Source: Vulcanimicrobiota bacterium (GTDB lineage: Bacteria > Vulcanimicrobiota > Vulcanimicrobiia > Vulcanimicrobiales > Vulcanimicrobiaceae). Taken from it: DNA of 64,000 nucleotides. The notes beneath the pieces were generated by a model. The model saw only the letters and a list, made by a program, of their open reading frames with translations. It ran no database searches and was not told where the DNA came from. The stretch is taken from positions 32,001 to 96,000 of the forward strand of contig CAWAXX010000012.1 of NCBI GenBank assembly GCA_963786105.1, in the 5' to 3' direction. A program made the translations under genes and the position numbers. Of the stretch, positions 1 through 11,560 are shown in pieces. The number at the start of each line of letters is the position of its first letter. Positions within the stretch are counted from its first letter, which is position 1.

Positions 1-9
1 GAGGAGTAC

Positions 10-1210
10 GTGCGTCGGCTAGTCGGCGTCATCGTGACCACAGTGCTCGCAGCAGCGCTAGCGTTTGGTATGTCCCCGGCGTCGTTGACCCCGGCGGATG
101 GCGCGGCGTTCGATCTTCGTCCGCAGTTGATGCTGCAGCTCTTTGGCGAATCGTCGGACTCGCGCGCTTCGCTGGCGGCAGCGTACGGCGATCGAACCAG
201 CGAGTCGCCGCTTCGCGAACTCGCGCTCGGAAAACGCGTCGAGGAAGGCACGGACGCCTTCGTCCGCGTGCCGTCCGGCCCGACCTTTGCGCTGACGCAT
301 GCCGGGCGTTCGCTGCTGGCCGCTGACGGCGACACATTCGGTCTGCCCCAAAGCGTTCGCGTTCGGCTGCTCCAAACGAATTTGCGTTTCTCGGCGCCGT
401 CGCCGTCAACCGCGGAGGTCTCGTCGTCACCCGCGTTCGGACGCTGCGCGCGTCGCACCGGCAGCGACGTTCACTGCCGGACAATACCAGCCGGTGGCAG
501 CGGCAACGCTGGTGTCGTCGCAATCGGTACCGTTTTCTTTCAGTCCGTTGACGCGCGCGGCGCCGTCCAGTCCGTCGCAGAGTTTGGCGATGGCGTTCGG
601 AAGCGCGACCGCACCGGCCGGCGCGGCCGGTTCGTCGACCTTGGTGCCGGCCGCGGTTCACCTCGGCCCCCTGCAGTTCACGACCCGGCTGGAAAGCGCT
701 TCGCTGGCCGCGCCCGCGCTTTCGCTGAACGATAACGCGTACGGTGCCGGTGCGAACTTCGACGTGCGCGCCGGAGCGCGCAAGCTCAACGTCGACGTTT
801 CGAGCAACTACGAGCGTTTAACGCGTAACGATGCGACCGGGCTGTCGGCGCCGGCGATCGGGTCGACGTCGTGGCAGCTTCCCAGCGCCGACACGCCGCT
901 CGTCGTACCCAACTATGCGAACATGAGTAAAGTTTCGGTCGGCGCCGCGGTGGCCGTTCCGGTCGTGAACGGATTGACGCTGAATCTCAACTATGCAGCC
1001 GATCGGATGTTCGGCGGATACGGCATGCCGGGACTGACCAATCTCGATGCGACCGACAACTCCTACGGTGGCATGCTGACGTTCCAGATCCCGCACTCGT
1101 CGAGCACGCTCTCGATTTCGGCGCGTCAGTTGCGCTACGAGGACAATCTCATTCCAGCGAACACGTCCACGCAAACGCGAGAAGACGTGAACCTTACGGT
1201 CAAGTTCTAG
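10..1210 (+). CDS. Secreted protein, possibly an outer-membrane beta-barrel; split by an apparent frameshift near 430
   Basis: The signal peptide lies in ORF 10..735. The beta-rich C-terminal half lies in ORF 299..1210 and ends VNLTVKF, with the terminal Phe typical of OMPs. Confidence 0.5.
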
Positions 1211-1226
1211 AAACCCCGCCGGGTCG

Positions 1227-2096
1227 TTGAAGCGACGTTACGGAATTGCCCGCGCGGTCGTCGTAGCGGTATTGACCGCATTCTTCGCCGTTCTCGGCAC
1301 GATCCAGCTGGCGTCATACGCCTTCAGCGCACCGGAAGCGTCGGCCGGCACGTTACCCACTCGAGTACCCGTAAGTTTCGGGCGGGCCGTTTACCGCGCG
1401 TTGGATCGCCTTGCCCCGGCGCCGTACGTCGAGGCAACGTTAGCGTCCGACGCGCTCGCCAGCGGAGCGACCGGTGAGGCGAAGCACTACGCGTTGCGTT
1501 TGCCGGCCTCGGCGGCACGCGATGAGCTGCTGGCACGCATCGCCGCTTCCGATGGCGATCCGGAGCTGGCGCTGGAGTATTTTCTCGCGGCTCCGGACGT
1601 CGACGCGGTGCAATCGGCCGTAAGTTCGCTGGCGACCGGCGACCCAGCCGCCGCATACTTTTTGGAACGGACGCTCAACGCCCGCTTGTCGCTCCAAACG
1701 ATCCATCCCGACGCGGTGGCCGAGACGTATTGGCGCATGGGCGAACTGGCAAATCGGCGCGCTTGGCGCGAGATTCCGGCGAGCCGGGCGCAGGGCAACT
1801 GGTTGCGTCGCGGGATGGCGGATTTTCAATCGGCAGTCGATCTCGCGCCGTTGTCGGGCAAGTTTGCGATCTCCGCCGCCAATCAAGCGATGCAGCTGGG
1901 AGACGTCGCTCGCGCCCGAGCGCTGTTCGCGCGCGCCGCCGAGACCGATCCCGCGAGTGCCGACGCCGTCGCCGGATTAGGCGTCGTCGCATACCGGCAA
2001 GGAGACCGCAGGTCGGCCGTCGCGTACCTCGCTCGGGCGCGATCGCTCGATCCGCACTCGCTCATGGTTCGCGCGCTGGAGCGCGACTTGCGGTGA
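1227..2096 (+). CDS. TPR-repeat protein with N-terminal membrane anchor
   Basis: Hydrophobic N-terminus and TPR-like helices (ARALFARAAETDP, AVAGLGVVAYRQGD). Confidence 0.65.
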   Translation: MKRRYGIARAVVVAVLTAFFAVLGTIQLASYAFSAPEASAGTLPTRVPVSFGRAVYRALDRLAPAPYVEATLASDALASGATGEAKHYALRLPASAARDELLARIAASDGDPELALEYFLAAPDVDAVQSAVSSLATGDPAAAYFLERTLNARLSLQTIHPDAVAETYWRMGELANRRAWREIPASRAQGNWLRRGMADFQSAVDLAPLSGKFAISAANQAMQLGDVARARALFARAAETDPASADAVAGLGVVAYRQGDRRSAVAYLARARSLDPHSLMVRALERDLR

Positions 2097-3121
2097 GGGT
2101 CGCGCTCGACGCACAGTTGGCGATCGGGACGGCGACGGGCATAGGCGAGTACGTTTGCGGATTGGCAGGCGCGTTGCGCAAGATGGGCGACGTCGAGGTC
2201 GTCGAGCTCACTGAACCCGGCCTCGACCCGTGGCGCTTCGACCGGCGAATATTTTGGGACCAGATTCTGCTGCCGCGGCGCGCGCGGAAGTCCGGCGCCG
2301 AAGTTCTGCATTGCGCGTCGGGGACGGTTCCGTTCTATTCGTCGCTTCCGCTGGTCGCGACGGTGCACGACGTCGCGTGGCTGCGGGTGCAATCGCACGC
2401 GCCCGCGTACGCGCGGTACTATTTCGGCGCGTTTTCCGTCGGGCTGTACCAGAAGGTCGCGCAGATCGCCGTCGATTCGGAGTTCTCTCGCGGCGAACTG
2501 CTTCGGGCTCTCACGGGGTACGACGCGCGGCGCGTGCACGTGGTGTATCCCGGCGTCGCCGACGATTTCTGTTCGCTGCAGCGACGTCGTGGCGACGGCC
2601 GTACGATTCTCATCGTGGGAACGGTCGAGCGTCGCAAGAACCTCGAAGCGCTGATCCGGCTGCTCCCGGATCTCGACGGCGCGCGCATCGTGTCGGTTGG
2701 TCCTCCGACGCCCTATCAAGCGGAGTGCGCGAAGCAGGCAGAGAGCTTAGGCGTAGCCGGCCGGGTTCAGTTTCGCGGCTACGTGGAGCGTCGAGAGCTG
2801 TTGGATTTATACGCGGAATGCGGGGTCGTCGCGGTTCCGTCGCACTATGAAGGGTTCGGGTATGCGGCGGCGCAGGCGCTCTGTTGCGGCGCGCCGTGCA
2901 TCGTTTCGGATCGAGGGGCTCTTTCCGAAATCGTCGGCAACGATGCGCCGGTCGTTGCGGTGGACGATGCCTCAGCATGGACGAAGGCACTCGCCTACGC
3001 GCTGAGTGGCTGCGACGACGCGCGAGCCGCAGACGTCCGCGAGCGGGCGATCGCGCGCCTCGCGTGGCCGGCCAGTGCGCGACGAATGAACGACGTGTAT
3101 CGCTTGGCGCTTCGCGGGTAA
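2093..3121 (+). CDS. Glycosyltransferase family 4 (GT-B)
   Basis: TVHD, GTVERRKN and PSHYEGFG motifs. The GTG start overlaps the upstream TGA. Confidence 0.9.
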   Translation: MRVALDAQLAIGTATGIGEYVCGLAGALRKMGDVEVVELTEPGLDPWRFDRRIFWDQILLPRRARKSGAEVLHCASGTVPFYSSLPLVATVHDVAWLRVQSHAPAYARYYFGAFSVGLYQKVAQIAVDSEFSRGELLRALTGYDARRVHVVYPGVADDFCSLQRRRGDGRTILIVGTVERRKNLEALIRLLPDLDGARIVSVGPPTPYQAECAKQAESLGVAGRVQFRGYVERRELLDLYAECGVVAVPSHYEGFGYAAAQALCCGAPCIVSDRGALSEIVGNDAPVVAVDDASAWTKALAYALSGCDDARAADVRERAIARLAWPASARRMNDVYRLALRG

Positions 3122-3125
3122 GCTC

Positions 3126-4859
3126 CTAATACACCGGCGAGCCGGGCGCGCCGGGCGCAACGCTTCCGTCGTCGGGAGCAAAGATCAGTCGCAGCGGATA
3201 ACTCGAGCCGGCTTCCGGCATGGTAACGATCGTCACGCGTACGAATCCGCGCGCCGGGATGACGTACTGGCGGATCTTGTAGCGCGAAAACGCCGTAACT
3301 TGGTGCGATTGCACGAGCGTTCCGTCGATGATGTACGTTCCGGTCGCTCGGCCTCCACGCGGATTTTCGTACAACGCAATCGACTGCGGCGTCGACAGCG
3401 GGTTGTGCATGGTGACGACGAACGATTGCAAAACGCCGTAATCACCCGCAAGCGCCTGGCCCTGCAAGCCGTTGGGCAACGGAATTTGACCGATCGGCAC
3501 CTCGAGATAGTCGCCGTTGACGTTCCACTGCGTCGCATAATAGAATTCGGGGATCGGGTAAATGCCGCGAGCGTGCTTGTGCGTCGCTTCGAGTAATTCG
3601 CCCGCATCCGGAGCCGCGCTGGGATCGGCATCGGCGCCTTGCGCGAAGAGCGTAAGGTGTACTCCGCCGCCCGCAAGGACGCGTAGTTGGAGCAGGTTGC
3701 AGACGATCGTGCCTGGCGGCATATCCTGCGAGGCGATGTTGAGCGACGTATTTCCGGGGATCGTGATTAGGCGGCCTTGGTTCTGCACGACGTCGATCAG
3801 AAATGCTCGCGTCGCGATGTGCCCGGCCTCCATTTCGTTCGATGTCGGACCTCCGCGGCCGCTGATGAACTGCACGTTGACCGGTTCGGGCGAATGGTTG
3901 TCGAGACGCAGCACGACGCGGCGAGCCGGCTGTCCCGGCGGGTTGTAATGAAAGTAGAGAAATCGCGAAGGCTGCTCGCTGCGCAGGTCGGCGGCGAAGA
4001 GCGATCCGTTTTCTTCGAGACGCTCGGGATAGTCGCTGACCATCAGTGAATCGGGTGAGATCCGCGGAGCGGCCACGTTTCGCACGTCGACGCGCGTCGA
4101 TGCGTCGACCTCGAAATAGTCGGTGCCTTGAATGAGCACGGGAACGTTGACCACGGCAACCCGGTCTTGCGCGAGAGTGCCGTTGAACGGCACGTCGTCG
4201 GGGCCGACGACGATCTGGGCCCCCGGCCGCGCTTGCGCGGCACGGGTGACGGCGGCTGCCACCTCTTGGCGGATGAAGTCCGCCGAGGCAGGGTCGCCGG
4301 TGATCGAGAGGGTCGTTTGCGGCGCGACGCTGCCGGCATAAAAGCCAACGCGCACCGGAACGTCACGCGTCAGGCCGCGCGCGTCGGAGATGGTCACGAC
4401 GGTCACGCCGGGTTTCTTTCCGGTGACCGTCACCGTCGACGATGCCTGATCGACGGTAATGTCGGCGATCGCCGGATCGTGGATGACCGCCGCGATCGGA
4501 GCCAGCACCGAGCCGACCGTTATTCTCGCCGGACTGCCGATAGGAGCCGTCGCAATGGCGGGTGAGACCGTGATGGGTGGAGGCGTCGGCACGGGCCCAC
4601 TCGGTGGCGCTGGGGCCGGCGTCGCGCTCGAGGCGGGCGCGGGGGCCGTCGCCGAGGGCGTCGGCGAGGGCGGCGGCGCAGTTGGGTCGGCCACTGCCGT
4701 CCCCCCACACCAGCACGCGAGTAGGAAGCTGAACGCGGCAAACCATGCGGGGAAGCTCCGGTTCAGTCCGGATCGAGGAGCCGAGGCTTGAAGTTTACTG
4801 GGGTAAATGAGAGCCGAAGGCGACGACGAGCTGGGCTGAACCCGGGCTTTCCTAGGCAA
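3126..4859 (-). CDS. Secreted hypothetical protein with Pro/Ala linker and Ig-like domains; true start probably downstream of 4859
   Basis: 577-aa ORF with a signal-like segment, a [10 protein letters not shown] linker and a beta-rich body. Confidence 0.6.
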   Translation of the reverse strand: MPRKARVQPSSSSPSALIYPSKLQASAPRSGLNRSFPAWFAAFSFLLACWCGGTAVADPTAPPPSPTPSATAPAPASSATPAPAPPSGPVPTPPPITVSPAIATAPIGSPARITVGSVLAPIAAVIHDPAIADITVDQASSTVTVTGKKPGVTVVTISDARGLTRDVPVRVGFYAGSVAPQTTLSITGDPASADFIRQEVAAAVTRAAQARPGAQIVVGPDDVPFNGTLAQDRVAVVNVPVLIQGTDYFEVDASTRVDVRNVAAPRISPDSLMVSDYPERLEENGSLFAADLRSEQPSRFLYFHYNPPGQPARRVVLRLDNHSPEPVNVQFISGRGGPTSNEMEAGHIATRAFLIDVVQNQGRLITIPGNTSLNIASQDMPPGTIVCNLLQLRVLAGGGVHLTLFAQGADADPSAAPDAGELLEATHKHARGIYPIPEFYYATQWNVNGDYLEVPIGQIPLPNGLQGQALAGDYGVLQSFVVTMHNPLSTPQSIALYENPRGGRATGTYIIDGTLVQSHQVTAFSRYKIRQYVIPARGFVRVTIVTMPEAGSSYPLRLIFAPDDGSVAPGAPGSPVY

Positions 4860-6489
4860 TTTTGGATTCGTGGCGGGCTACAGCGGAAGCCAAGAGCGTC
4901 TTATAGCCGACGTTCGGAAAGAGCACCGTGACCAGGTCCCGTTCGGTGCGCTCGACGGTTCCGAGCCCGAACTTAGGGTGATGCACCACGTCGGTGATTT
5001 TGAACCCTCCGGTAGCCGCTCCCTCGTTTACCCCACGGCGCAAGGCCTGCAGGCAGTTGTCGCACGCACCGCAGTTTGCCGCGTCGAAATCCTCTCCGAA
5101 GTAATTGAGAATGAAGCGTCGCCGGCACGACGTCGTCTCGGCGTACTGCAGCATCATCGCGAGTTTGCTCTGATCGTAGGATTTCTTGGTGTCGTAGTTT
5201 GCCAAGCTCAACACGAGCTCGCGATGCTTGCGCACGGCTTCGGTGAGGCCGTACGCCGACTTCGCCACGCCTTCGATGTACCCCGATTTCTTGAGGAGCG
5301 CGAGAATCACTCGGAGCTTGGTCAATGGAAGCTGCAAGATTTTGCGGAGGTCGGCCATCGAAACGCCGCCCACCTGATCGCCGAAAACTTCGATCGTCCC
5401 AAACACGCGCTGTACTTCTTCGACGTCGGGATACTTGCCGGTTAAGAAGTAGTTCTGCACGCGCGTATCGCTCATCCGATAAATGAGAATGCAGCGCGAC
5501 GGCAAGGCGTCTCGGCCGGAGCGTCCCGCTTCCTGCGTATAGGCCTCAAGCGACCCAGTCAGGTCGTAGTGGACGACGAAACGAATGTTCGACTTATCGA
5601 TTCCCAATCCGAAGGCGTTGGTCGCGACGACGGCGCGGATCGCCTCGCCCATAAAGAGGTTTTGAACCGACGTGCGATCTTCTTTATGTAACTTCGAATG
5701 ATACACGGCGGCCGGGATGTCCAGCTCGTGGGTGAGATGGTGTTGGACTTCGAGGGCGTTCTTGATGGTAGCGGTGTAAATGATTCCGGTGCCTTGCAGC
5801 GCATCGTCCCCGGTGAACAACGCCGTGAGAATCTTGAATTTATCGGCGGCCTTTTGGGCCTTGCGGGCTTCGTAGACGAGGTTGGGCCGGTCGAAGCCGC
5901 GTACGATCGGCTTGACGTGCTCGATGCCGAGCTGATGCAGGATGTCTTCCCGCACCGACGGCGTGGCGGTTGCGGTCAGCGCAAGCACCGTCGGCCTTCC
6001 GAGTTTCTTGATGACGCTCCCCAGCGCTAAATACGCCGGCCGGAAATCGTGACCCCATTGACTGATGCAGTGCGCTTCGTCGACGACGAACAGCGGAACC
6101 CGGATCGATTGGAGCAACCGCAAGAAACTTTCGTCTTCGAGTTTTTCAGGCGTCGTGTAAGCGATTTTGATCGAGCCGGACGCGATGCGCTCGCGCGCGC
6201 GAATCTCTTGATCTTCGGTGAGCGTGGAGTTCAGCGCGATGACGCCGCCGATTCCGCGCTCGCGCAACACGTCGAGCTGATCCTTCATTAAGGCGATCAG
6301 CGGGCTGACGACGACGGTCGTCCCTTCGAGCAAGAGTGCGGGCAGCTGGTAGGTGAGGCTCTTCCCGGCGCCGGTGGCGAGAATTGCCAAGGTATCCTGG
6401 CCTTCCAAGACGCGAGACATCACCTCTTCTTGGCCCGGATAAAAATCTTTAAAACCGAAGTTTGCTCGCAGTGCCGCGCGCAGGTCCAT
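4852..6489 (-). CDS. recQ: RecQ-family ATP-dependent DNA helicase
   Basis: [30 protein letters not shown] and Zn-binding CRR...CGACDNC motifs. Confidence 0.93.
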   Translation of the reverse strand: MDLRAALRANFGFKDFYPGQEEVMSRVLEGQDTLAILATGAGKSLTYQLPALLLEGTTVVVSPLIALMKDQLDVLRERGIGGVIALNSTLTEDQEIRARERIASGSIKIAYTTPEKLEDESFLRLLQSIRVPLFVVDEAHCISQWGHDFRPAYLALGSVIKKLGRPTVLALTATATPSVREDILHQLGIEHVKPIVRGFDRPNLVYEARKAQKAADKFKILTALFTGDDALQGTGIIYTATIKNALEVQHHLTHELDIPAAVYHSKLHKEDRTSVQNLFMGEAIRAVVATNAFGLGIDKSNIRFVVHYDLTGSLEAYTQEAGRSGRDALPSRCILIYRMSDTRVQNYFLTGKYPDVEEVQRVFGTIEVFGDQVGGVSMADLRKILQLPLTKLRVILALLKKSGYIEGVAKSAYGLTEAVRKHRELVLSLANYDTKKSYDQSKLAMMLQYAETTSCRRRFILNYFGEDFDAANCGACDNCLQALRRGVNEGAATGGFKITDVVHHPKFGLGTVERTERDLVTVLFPNVGYKTLLASAVARHESKIA

Positions 6490-6625
6490 CAATGGTCCTT
6501 CGTAACCGGAAACGCCGGGGCGTACATGAAAACGCTCCAGCAAATCTTTAAAACCCCTTTCGGCGTGAACCGTTTCACTCTACCCCCCGGCAGGCGCGTC
6601 CAAACCCTCCTCCTAAGTCAGTGAG

Positions 6626-8245
6626 GTGTCCCTGTATCGCTCCTGGCGCCCGCTGTCGTTTGCGGACTTGGTTGGCCAAGATGCCGTCGTCCGCACACTC
6701 ACCGCGGCGATCGAGAGCGGCAAACTCGCCCACGCATACTTGTTTTCCGGGCCGCGCGGTTCGGGGAAGACCTCGGCGGCGAAGATCCTCGCGCGCTGCA
6801 TCAACTGCGTCAACGGGCCGACCGCCACCCCCGACAACACGTGCGAGAACTGCCGGGCGATGATCGCTGGAACCGCGCTCGACGTCTTGGAGATCGACGC
6901 CGCCAGCAACCGTGGAATCGACGAGATTCGCGCGCTTCGCGATGCGGTAAAATTTGCGCCGGCAGCCATGCGCATGAAAGTCTATATCGTCGACGAAGCG
7001 CACATGCTGACGAAAGAAGGGGCCAACGCCTTTCTGAAGACGCTCGAGGAGCCGCCCGCCCACGCGGTCTTCATCCTGGCGACCACCGAACCCGAGAAGC
7101 TACCCCTCACGATCCTTTCGCGATGCCAGCGCTACGCGTTCCGCCGAATCGCCATTCCGGTCATGATCGACAAGATGAAAACGATCGCGCACGCCGAGGG
7201 CATTGCCGTCGACGACGCGGCGCTCGCCGCCATTGCATACCGTGCCGACGGCGGGCTGCGCGACGCGTTGACGATGCTCGAACAGGCGGCCGCCTTTTCC
7301 GGCGGGGAAACGATCGGCGCGCCGACACTCGATCTCGCTTTCGGAGCCACCGGGCGCGACGTCGCTCAAGACGTGCTCAACGCGACGCTGGAGCGCGACG
7401 CGCCGGCGGCGTTGGCGACCATCGAGAGGGCCAGCGACGAGGGCACCGACATGAACGTGCTGATGCGCTCGCTGATTGCCGCGTTTCGTAACCTCTTGGT
7501 CGCCCGTGTCGATCCCGAGCTGCTTGCGCGAGACTTGGCGCCCGAAGACGCGCTCCGCGCGCAAACGCGCGCGAAGGACGTGCCGCAAGCCGTTCTCGTG
7601 CGGTCTTTGCGCGTGCTCACCGACGCGATGTCGCTGGCCCGTTCCGGCGGCAACCCGCGTCTGGAACTCGAAACGGCACTACTCCGGCTCATCCTTGCCG
7701 GAGAGGACCCGACGCTCGACGGCGTTGCCGCGCGCGTGGCGGTTCTGGAGGAACGATTGCGCGCCGTGCCCGCGGTCGCGGCCGCCGAGGCCGTACCCGC
7801 TCCGAAGGCCGTTCCGCAAGATCCGCCTCGGTCGCCTGCCCGCGTCGAAACGCCGAAGCCGGCCGCCGCTCCGGCGGGGCGCCTCTCGCTGCAAAAGGTG
7901 CGCGCCGCTTGGCAAAGCATTCGCAGCAAGGTCGAGAGCGAATACCATCCGTTGCGCGGACCGCTTTCGGGTGCGACGGTGGCCGAGCTCGACGGCGATG
8001 CCATCGTCTTGGTAGCGCGCAACGCCGTCGACGCTGCCATCGTCCGCGAGCGCGTCGGGCTCATCGAGACGGCCGCCGCCGACGTCCTCGGTGCGCCGAT
8101 GAAGATCACGTTGCGCGCCGACACCGCGCCGCGAGCCAAAGGCTCGGCGCCGGGCGGCGTCGCATCGGTGAGCGCCGACGGTGGCGACGCCGACGGTCCC
8201 GACGCCCTTTTCAACTACGCCAGCGAACGGATACGCGAACGATGA
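6626..8245 (+). CDS. dnaX: DNA polymerase III subunit gamma/tau
   Basis: LYRSWRP, GPRGSGKT, EIDAASN, DEAHML and SRC motifs; lies next to ybaB-recR. Confidence 0.97.
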   Translation: MSLYRSWRPLSFADLVGQDAVVRTLTAAIESGKLAHAYLFSGPRGSGKTSAAKILARCINCVNGPTATPDNTCENCRAMIAGTALDVLEIDAASNRGIDEIRALRDAVKFAPAAMRMKVYIVDEAHMLTKEGANAFLKTLEEPPAHAVFILATTEPEKLPLTILSRCQRYAFRRIAIPVMIDKMKTIAHAEGIAVDDAALAAIAYRADGGLRDALTMLEQAAAFSGGETIGAPTLDLAFGATGRDVAQDVLNATLERDAPAALATIERASDEGTDMNVLMRSLIAAFRNLLVARVDPELLARDLAPEDALRAQTRAKDVPQAVLVRSLRVLTDAMSLARSGGNPRLELETALLRLILAGEDPTLDGVAARVAVLEERLRAVPAVAAAEAVPAPKAVPQDPPRSPARVETPKPAAAPAGRLSLQKVRAAWQSIRSKVESEYHPLRGPLSGATVAELDGDAIVLVARNAVDAAIVRERVGLIETAAADVLGAPMKITLRADTAPRAKGSAPGGVASVSADGGDADGPDALFNYASERIRER

Positions 8246-8550
8246 ACCAAGCTCAGTTGATGGCCCAGGTCAAGAAGATGCAAGCCGAGATGACGAAGGC
8301 TCAGGAAGAATTGGCAAACACGGTCGTCGCGGGGTCGGCGGCCGGCGGCATCGTGAGCGTGGAAGTTACGTGCGACCAGCGCGTCAAGACCGTTCGCATC
8401 GCCAGGGAAGCGGTCGATCCCGACGACGTCGAGACGCTCGAAGACCTCGTGGTCGTCGCGGTCAACGACGCGCTGTCGAAGTCGACCGAAGCATCGCAAA
8501 AACGCATGTCGTCGGTCACCGGCGGAATGCGCATCCCGGGCCTCATGTAG
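8242..8550 (+). CDS. ybaB: YbaB/EbfC nucleoid-associated protein
   Basis: MAQVKKMQ...DPDDVETLEDLV sequence; conserved dnaX-ybaB-recR synteny. Confidence 0.95.
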   Translation: MNQAQLMAQVKKMQAEMTKAQEELANTVVAGSAAGGIVSVEVTCDQRVKTVRIAREAVDPDDVETLEDLVVVAVNDALSKSTEASQKRMSSVTGGMRIPGLM

Positions 8551-8566
8551 CGACGCTCGCTCGCAG

Positions 8567-9175
8567 ATGCCCAGTTCCAGTTCGGTCGCCGGGCCGGTTG
8601 CGGCCCTGATCAACGAGTTCAGCAAGTTGCCGACGGTCGGTCCCAAAACCGCGGCGCGGCTGGTTTTCTATTTGCTCAACCGGCCTCGCCACGAGGCGCA
8701 AGCACTGGCCGAAGCGATTCTTGCGGTAAAAGACCGGGTGCGCTTTTGTTCGATCTGCTTCTCGCTCACCGAAGACGATCCGTGTGCGATCTGCAACGAC
8801 GAACGGCGCGACGCCCGCATCGTTTGCGTGGTCGCCGAAGCGAAGGACGTGTACGCCGTCGAGCGCACCGGTGCGTTCAAAGGGCGCTACCACGTGTTGG
8901 GCGGATTGATCTCGCCGATGGACGGCATCGGTCCCGCGCAATTGCGCGTCAAAGAGTTGGTCGAGCGTATCGGCCGCGAAGAGCCGCACGAAGTTATTCT
9001 GGCTACGAATCCCAACGCCGAGGGCGAAGCGACGGCGCTCTATCTCTCGCGCCTGATCGGCCCGCTCGGCGTCGTCGTTTCGCGGCTCGCGTACGGGTTA
9101 CCGATCGGTGGCGACCTCGATTATGCCGACGAAATCACGCTCGCAAAAGCCCTCGAAGGCCGCACGACGCTCTAA
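8567..9175 (+). CDS. recR: Recombination mediator RecR
   Basis: LPTVGPKTA HhH motif, C4 Zn finger and Toprim ATNPNAEGEAT. Confidence 0.97.
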   Translation: MPSSSSVAGPVAALINEFSKLPTVGPKTAARLVFYLLNRPRHEAQALAEAILAVKDRVRFCSICFSLTEDDPCAICNDERRDARIVCVVAEAKDVYAVERTGAFKGRYHVLGGLISPMDGIGPAQLRVKELVERIGREEPHEVILATNPNAEGEATALYLSRLIGPLGVVVSRLAYGLPIGGDLDYADEITLAKALEGRTTL

Positions 9176-9207
9176 TTCGGCCCGGCGCACAGCGCCGTCA
9201 CGGTGCC

Positions 9208-9844
9208 CTATGCTGGAGAAACCAGCAGGAGCGCATCGCCGTTGCGCACCTCCCCGGTCCGTACGACGTCGCAGTATATGCCCATCCACGCGTTTCGATG
9301 TTGGGCGATCCATCGCAGAATCTCGGGATCGGAGGCGCCGCCGTGCAAATCGTACGTGGGCGTCACGCAACGCCCGATCGGACCGCGCACGCGCAGTCGC
9401 GCTCGACCCAATTGCAAACTCGGCGCCCTGCAACGACGCTTCCCCAGCGGTGAAATCGGGGTCGGCAACGACGAAGAAATTGGGGCGAAACCTCTCGGGC
9501 TCGACCGCATAACCCACGTAAGCGCTCAGGCCTTCGAGCCATCGGTCGAGCAGCAGCGAGATAGGCGCGTCGTCGAAAAACGGACCGTCGCCACGACGTT
9601 CCAACTGGATGCCGCGCTCGGCGCCGAGTTGGATGGCGGCATCCGAATCCGGCGTGAGGTGCAGTCGTTCGTGCTCCTTGCCGCGGTACGTCTTGCCTTC
9701 GCGAGCGTGGCCGCTCAAAACGACGAGCGCTTCGGCGCGGTCTCCCGGGATGCCGGACTCGGCAACGAAGACGCTTGAAAGCGACTGTCCGCGCAGGCTC
9801 TTGACCGGATAGCGCCAGATCGCCGCCAACGTTCCCGCGTTCAT
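9208..9844 (-). CDS. MOSC domain protein (frameshift near 9415)
   Basis: WRYPVKSLRG and ERFRPN lie in one frame; RCVTPT...MGIYCDVVRTGEVRNGD lies in the next. Confidence 0.8.
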
Positions 9845-9896
9845 CCACCGCAGTTACCCGGGGGTTTTTGGCGAGCCCTGCCAGAAGCGCGGCGCA

Positions 9897-10838
9897 ATGG
9901 AGTTACGCCCTCTCGGTTTCGGCGAGATTTTCGACCGGGCGATCACGCTATACGTCCGAAACTTTTGGCCGTTCTTTGCCATCGTGCTCGTCTTGATCGT
10001 CCCGCTCGCCGTGGTCCAGTACGTTCTCGACTCGAGCCAGGTGGCGCAGCTTTCCGAGTTGATACGCGTTCTACAGCACCCCGGTTCGCCGCCGCCGGTC
10101 ATGTCGAACCTCTTCGCATCGCCGGCCCAACTCGTCGCGGTCGTTTTGACGGCCCTGATCTTTTTGGTGCTCTGGCCGTTCGCACTCAACGCCGTCGCGA
10201 TCGGCGTGGCACGTCTGTATCGCGGCCGCCAGGTCGAATTCGCGGCATGCTATCGGATCGTCGTCGCGCGCTGGGCATCGATCCTCGGAACGCTCGTCAT
10301 TCAAGGCGTCATTTACGTGGCGTGGTACGTCGCGTTTCTGGCCGTGCTCGTCGCGTCGATGCTGATCGCGGTTACGTTCGCGCGAGCGTGGCTACCGCTG
10401 GGGATCGTCGGCTTCTTCGTGGCAGGAATGGCGATGCTGGCCGCGTTGCTGATGTTGGCACCGCTCTTCGTCGCGCTGACGTTCGCGATGAACTCCGTCG
10501 TCATCGAAAAGCGTGGGCCGGTGGAGGCGATTGCCTCGGGCTTCACGCGCGTCTTTAACCGCCAGGAATTTTGGCGAGCGTTGTTGTTCGCACTGGCAGC
10601 ATTCGCCGTGATACTCGGCAGCTCGGCGGTGATCTCCGGCGTCATGATCGCCGCGCTGCTGATCAAAGCGGTAGCCGTCGAGGTCGTTCTCGGTTCGTTG
10701 CTGCGCGCGGCGTTCGCGCCGTTTTCGATCGTGCTGGTCGCCGTTTACTATTTCGACGTCCGCATTCGGCGCGAAGGCTTCGACCTCGAGGCCGAGCTCG
10801 AGGCAATAAGCCCGGCTGCGGTTGCCGCTCCAGCGTGA
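9897..10838 (+). CDS. Integral membrane protein of MoxR-associated clusters
   Basis: LRPLGFGEIFD N-terminus, multiple TM helices and YFDVRIRREGFDL C-terminus. Confidence 0.75.
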   Translation: MELRPLGFGEIFDRAITLYVRNFWPFFAIVLVLIVPLAVVQYVLDSSQVAQLSELIRVLQHPGSPPPVMSNLFASPAQLVAVVLTALIFLVLWPFALNAVAIGVARLYRGRQVEFAACYRIVVARWASILGTLVIQGVIYVAWYVAFLAVLVASMLIAVTFARAWLPLGIVGFFVAGMAMLAALLMLAPLFVALTFAMNSVVIEKRGPVEAIASGFTRVFNRQEFWRALLFALAAFAVILGSSAVISGVMIAALLIKAVAVEVVLGSLLRAAFAPFSIVLVAVYYFDVRIRREGFDLEAELEAISPAAVAAPA

Positions 10839-11560
10839 TCCTCGGGCGCGAAGCGCTAGTCGCCCGCTGGACGGCCGCGAGTCATCAATCGGCACGCCTT
10901 TTAGAAACCAGCACGCCGGTTGTCTCGCCGCCGGCCAATCTCCGCGCGCTGGCCGCGCGCGAACTGACCGTGCCGGGGCGATACCGTCTCACGGCAAGCG
11001 TAACTCGATCGCCGGAAACGCCGTTGTGGCTACGCCTCTGGACGTGGGCGTACGATCGCTGGACCGATCTTTGGCGGGCGACGGTCGGCCGAGCGCACCT
11101 CGGGCGTGCCGGTGCCGTCGTCATCGGCGACGTGCTGATCGCGCTCGTTCTGCTGGTAGTCGTCGTCGTCGCCGTGCGGCTGTTGACGACTTTGGCGGTC
11201 GAACGCCGGGCGCGCTCGACGTCCGCGGAGCCGCTGGACCCGATCGTCGATGCGGCGACGCTCTACGCGAGCGCCTGCGAACGCGCGCGTCGCGGCGACT
11301 ATGCCGGAGCGTCCCGGCTGCTCTTTGCCGCAACGATCTCCGCGCTCTGCGGTCGCGGCCTCGTGCGCGACGATCGCAGCGCAACCGTCGGCGATTTGCG
11401 GCGCGCTCTGCGGGCTGAAGACGGCTCGCTGATTTCCTCGTTCGACTCGGTGTCTTCGGCATTCGTCATCGGCACCTACGCCGAGCGGCCGGTCGACGCT
11501 ATGCAGTGGGAACGCGCACGGCTCGCCTACCTTTCGCTCGCCGGTCGCGCGGAAGCGTGA
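10835..11560 (+). CDS. DUF4129 domain membrane protein
   Basis: TM helix followed by A..GDY..A.R.LF and T..D/E motifs; GTGA coupling; cluster context. Confidence 0.7.
   Translation: MILGREALVARWTAASHQSARLLETSTPVVSPPANLRALAARELTVPGRYRLTASVTRSPETPLWLRLWTWAYDRWTDLWRATVGRAHLGRAGAVVIGDVLIALVLLVVVVVAVRLLTTLAVERRARSTSAEPLDPIVDAATLYASACERARRGDYAGASRLLFAATISALCGRGLVRDDRSATVGDLRRALRAEDGSLISSFDSVSSAFVIGTYAERPVDAMQWERARLAYLSLAGRAEA

Noticed and set aside
6490..6625. SRP RNA or tRNA upstream of dnaX, a common location
   Set aside because: No SRP domain IV motif (CAGG...GGAAG.AGCAG) and no cloverleaf in this gap.
7600..8000. Programmed -1 frameshift in dnaX
   Set aside because: No A-AAA-AAG or long A-run slippery site; only gcaaaagg at ~7891.
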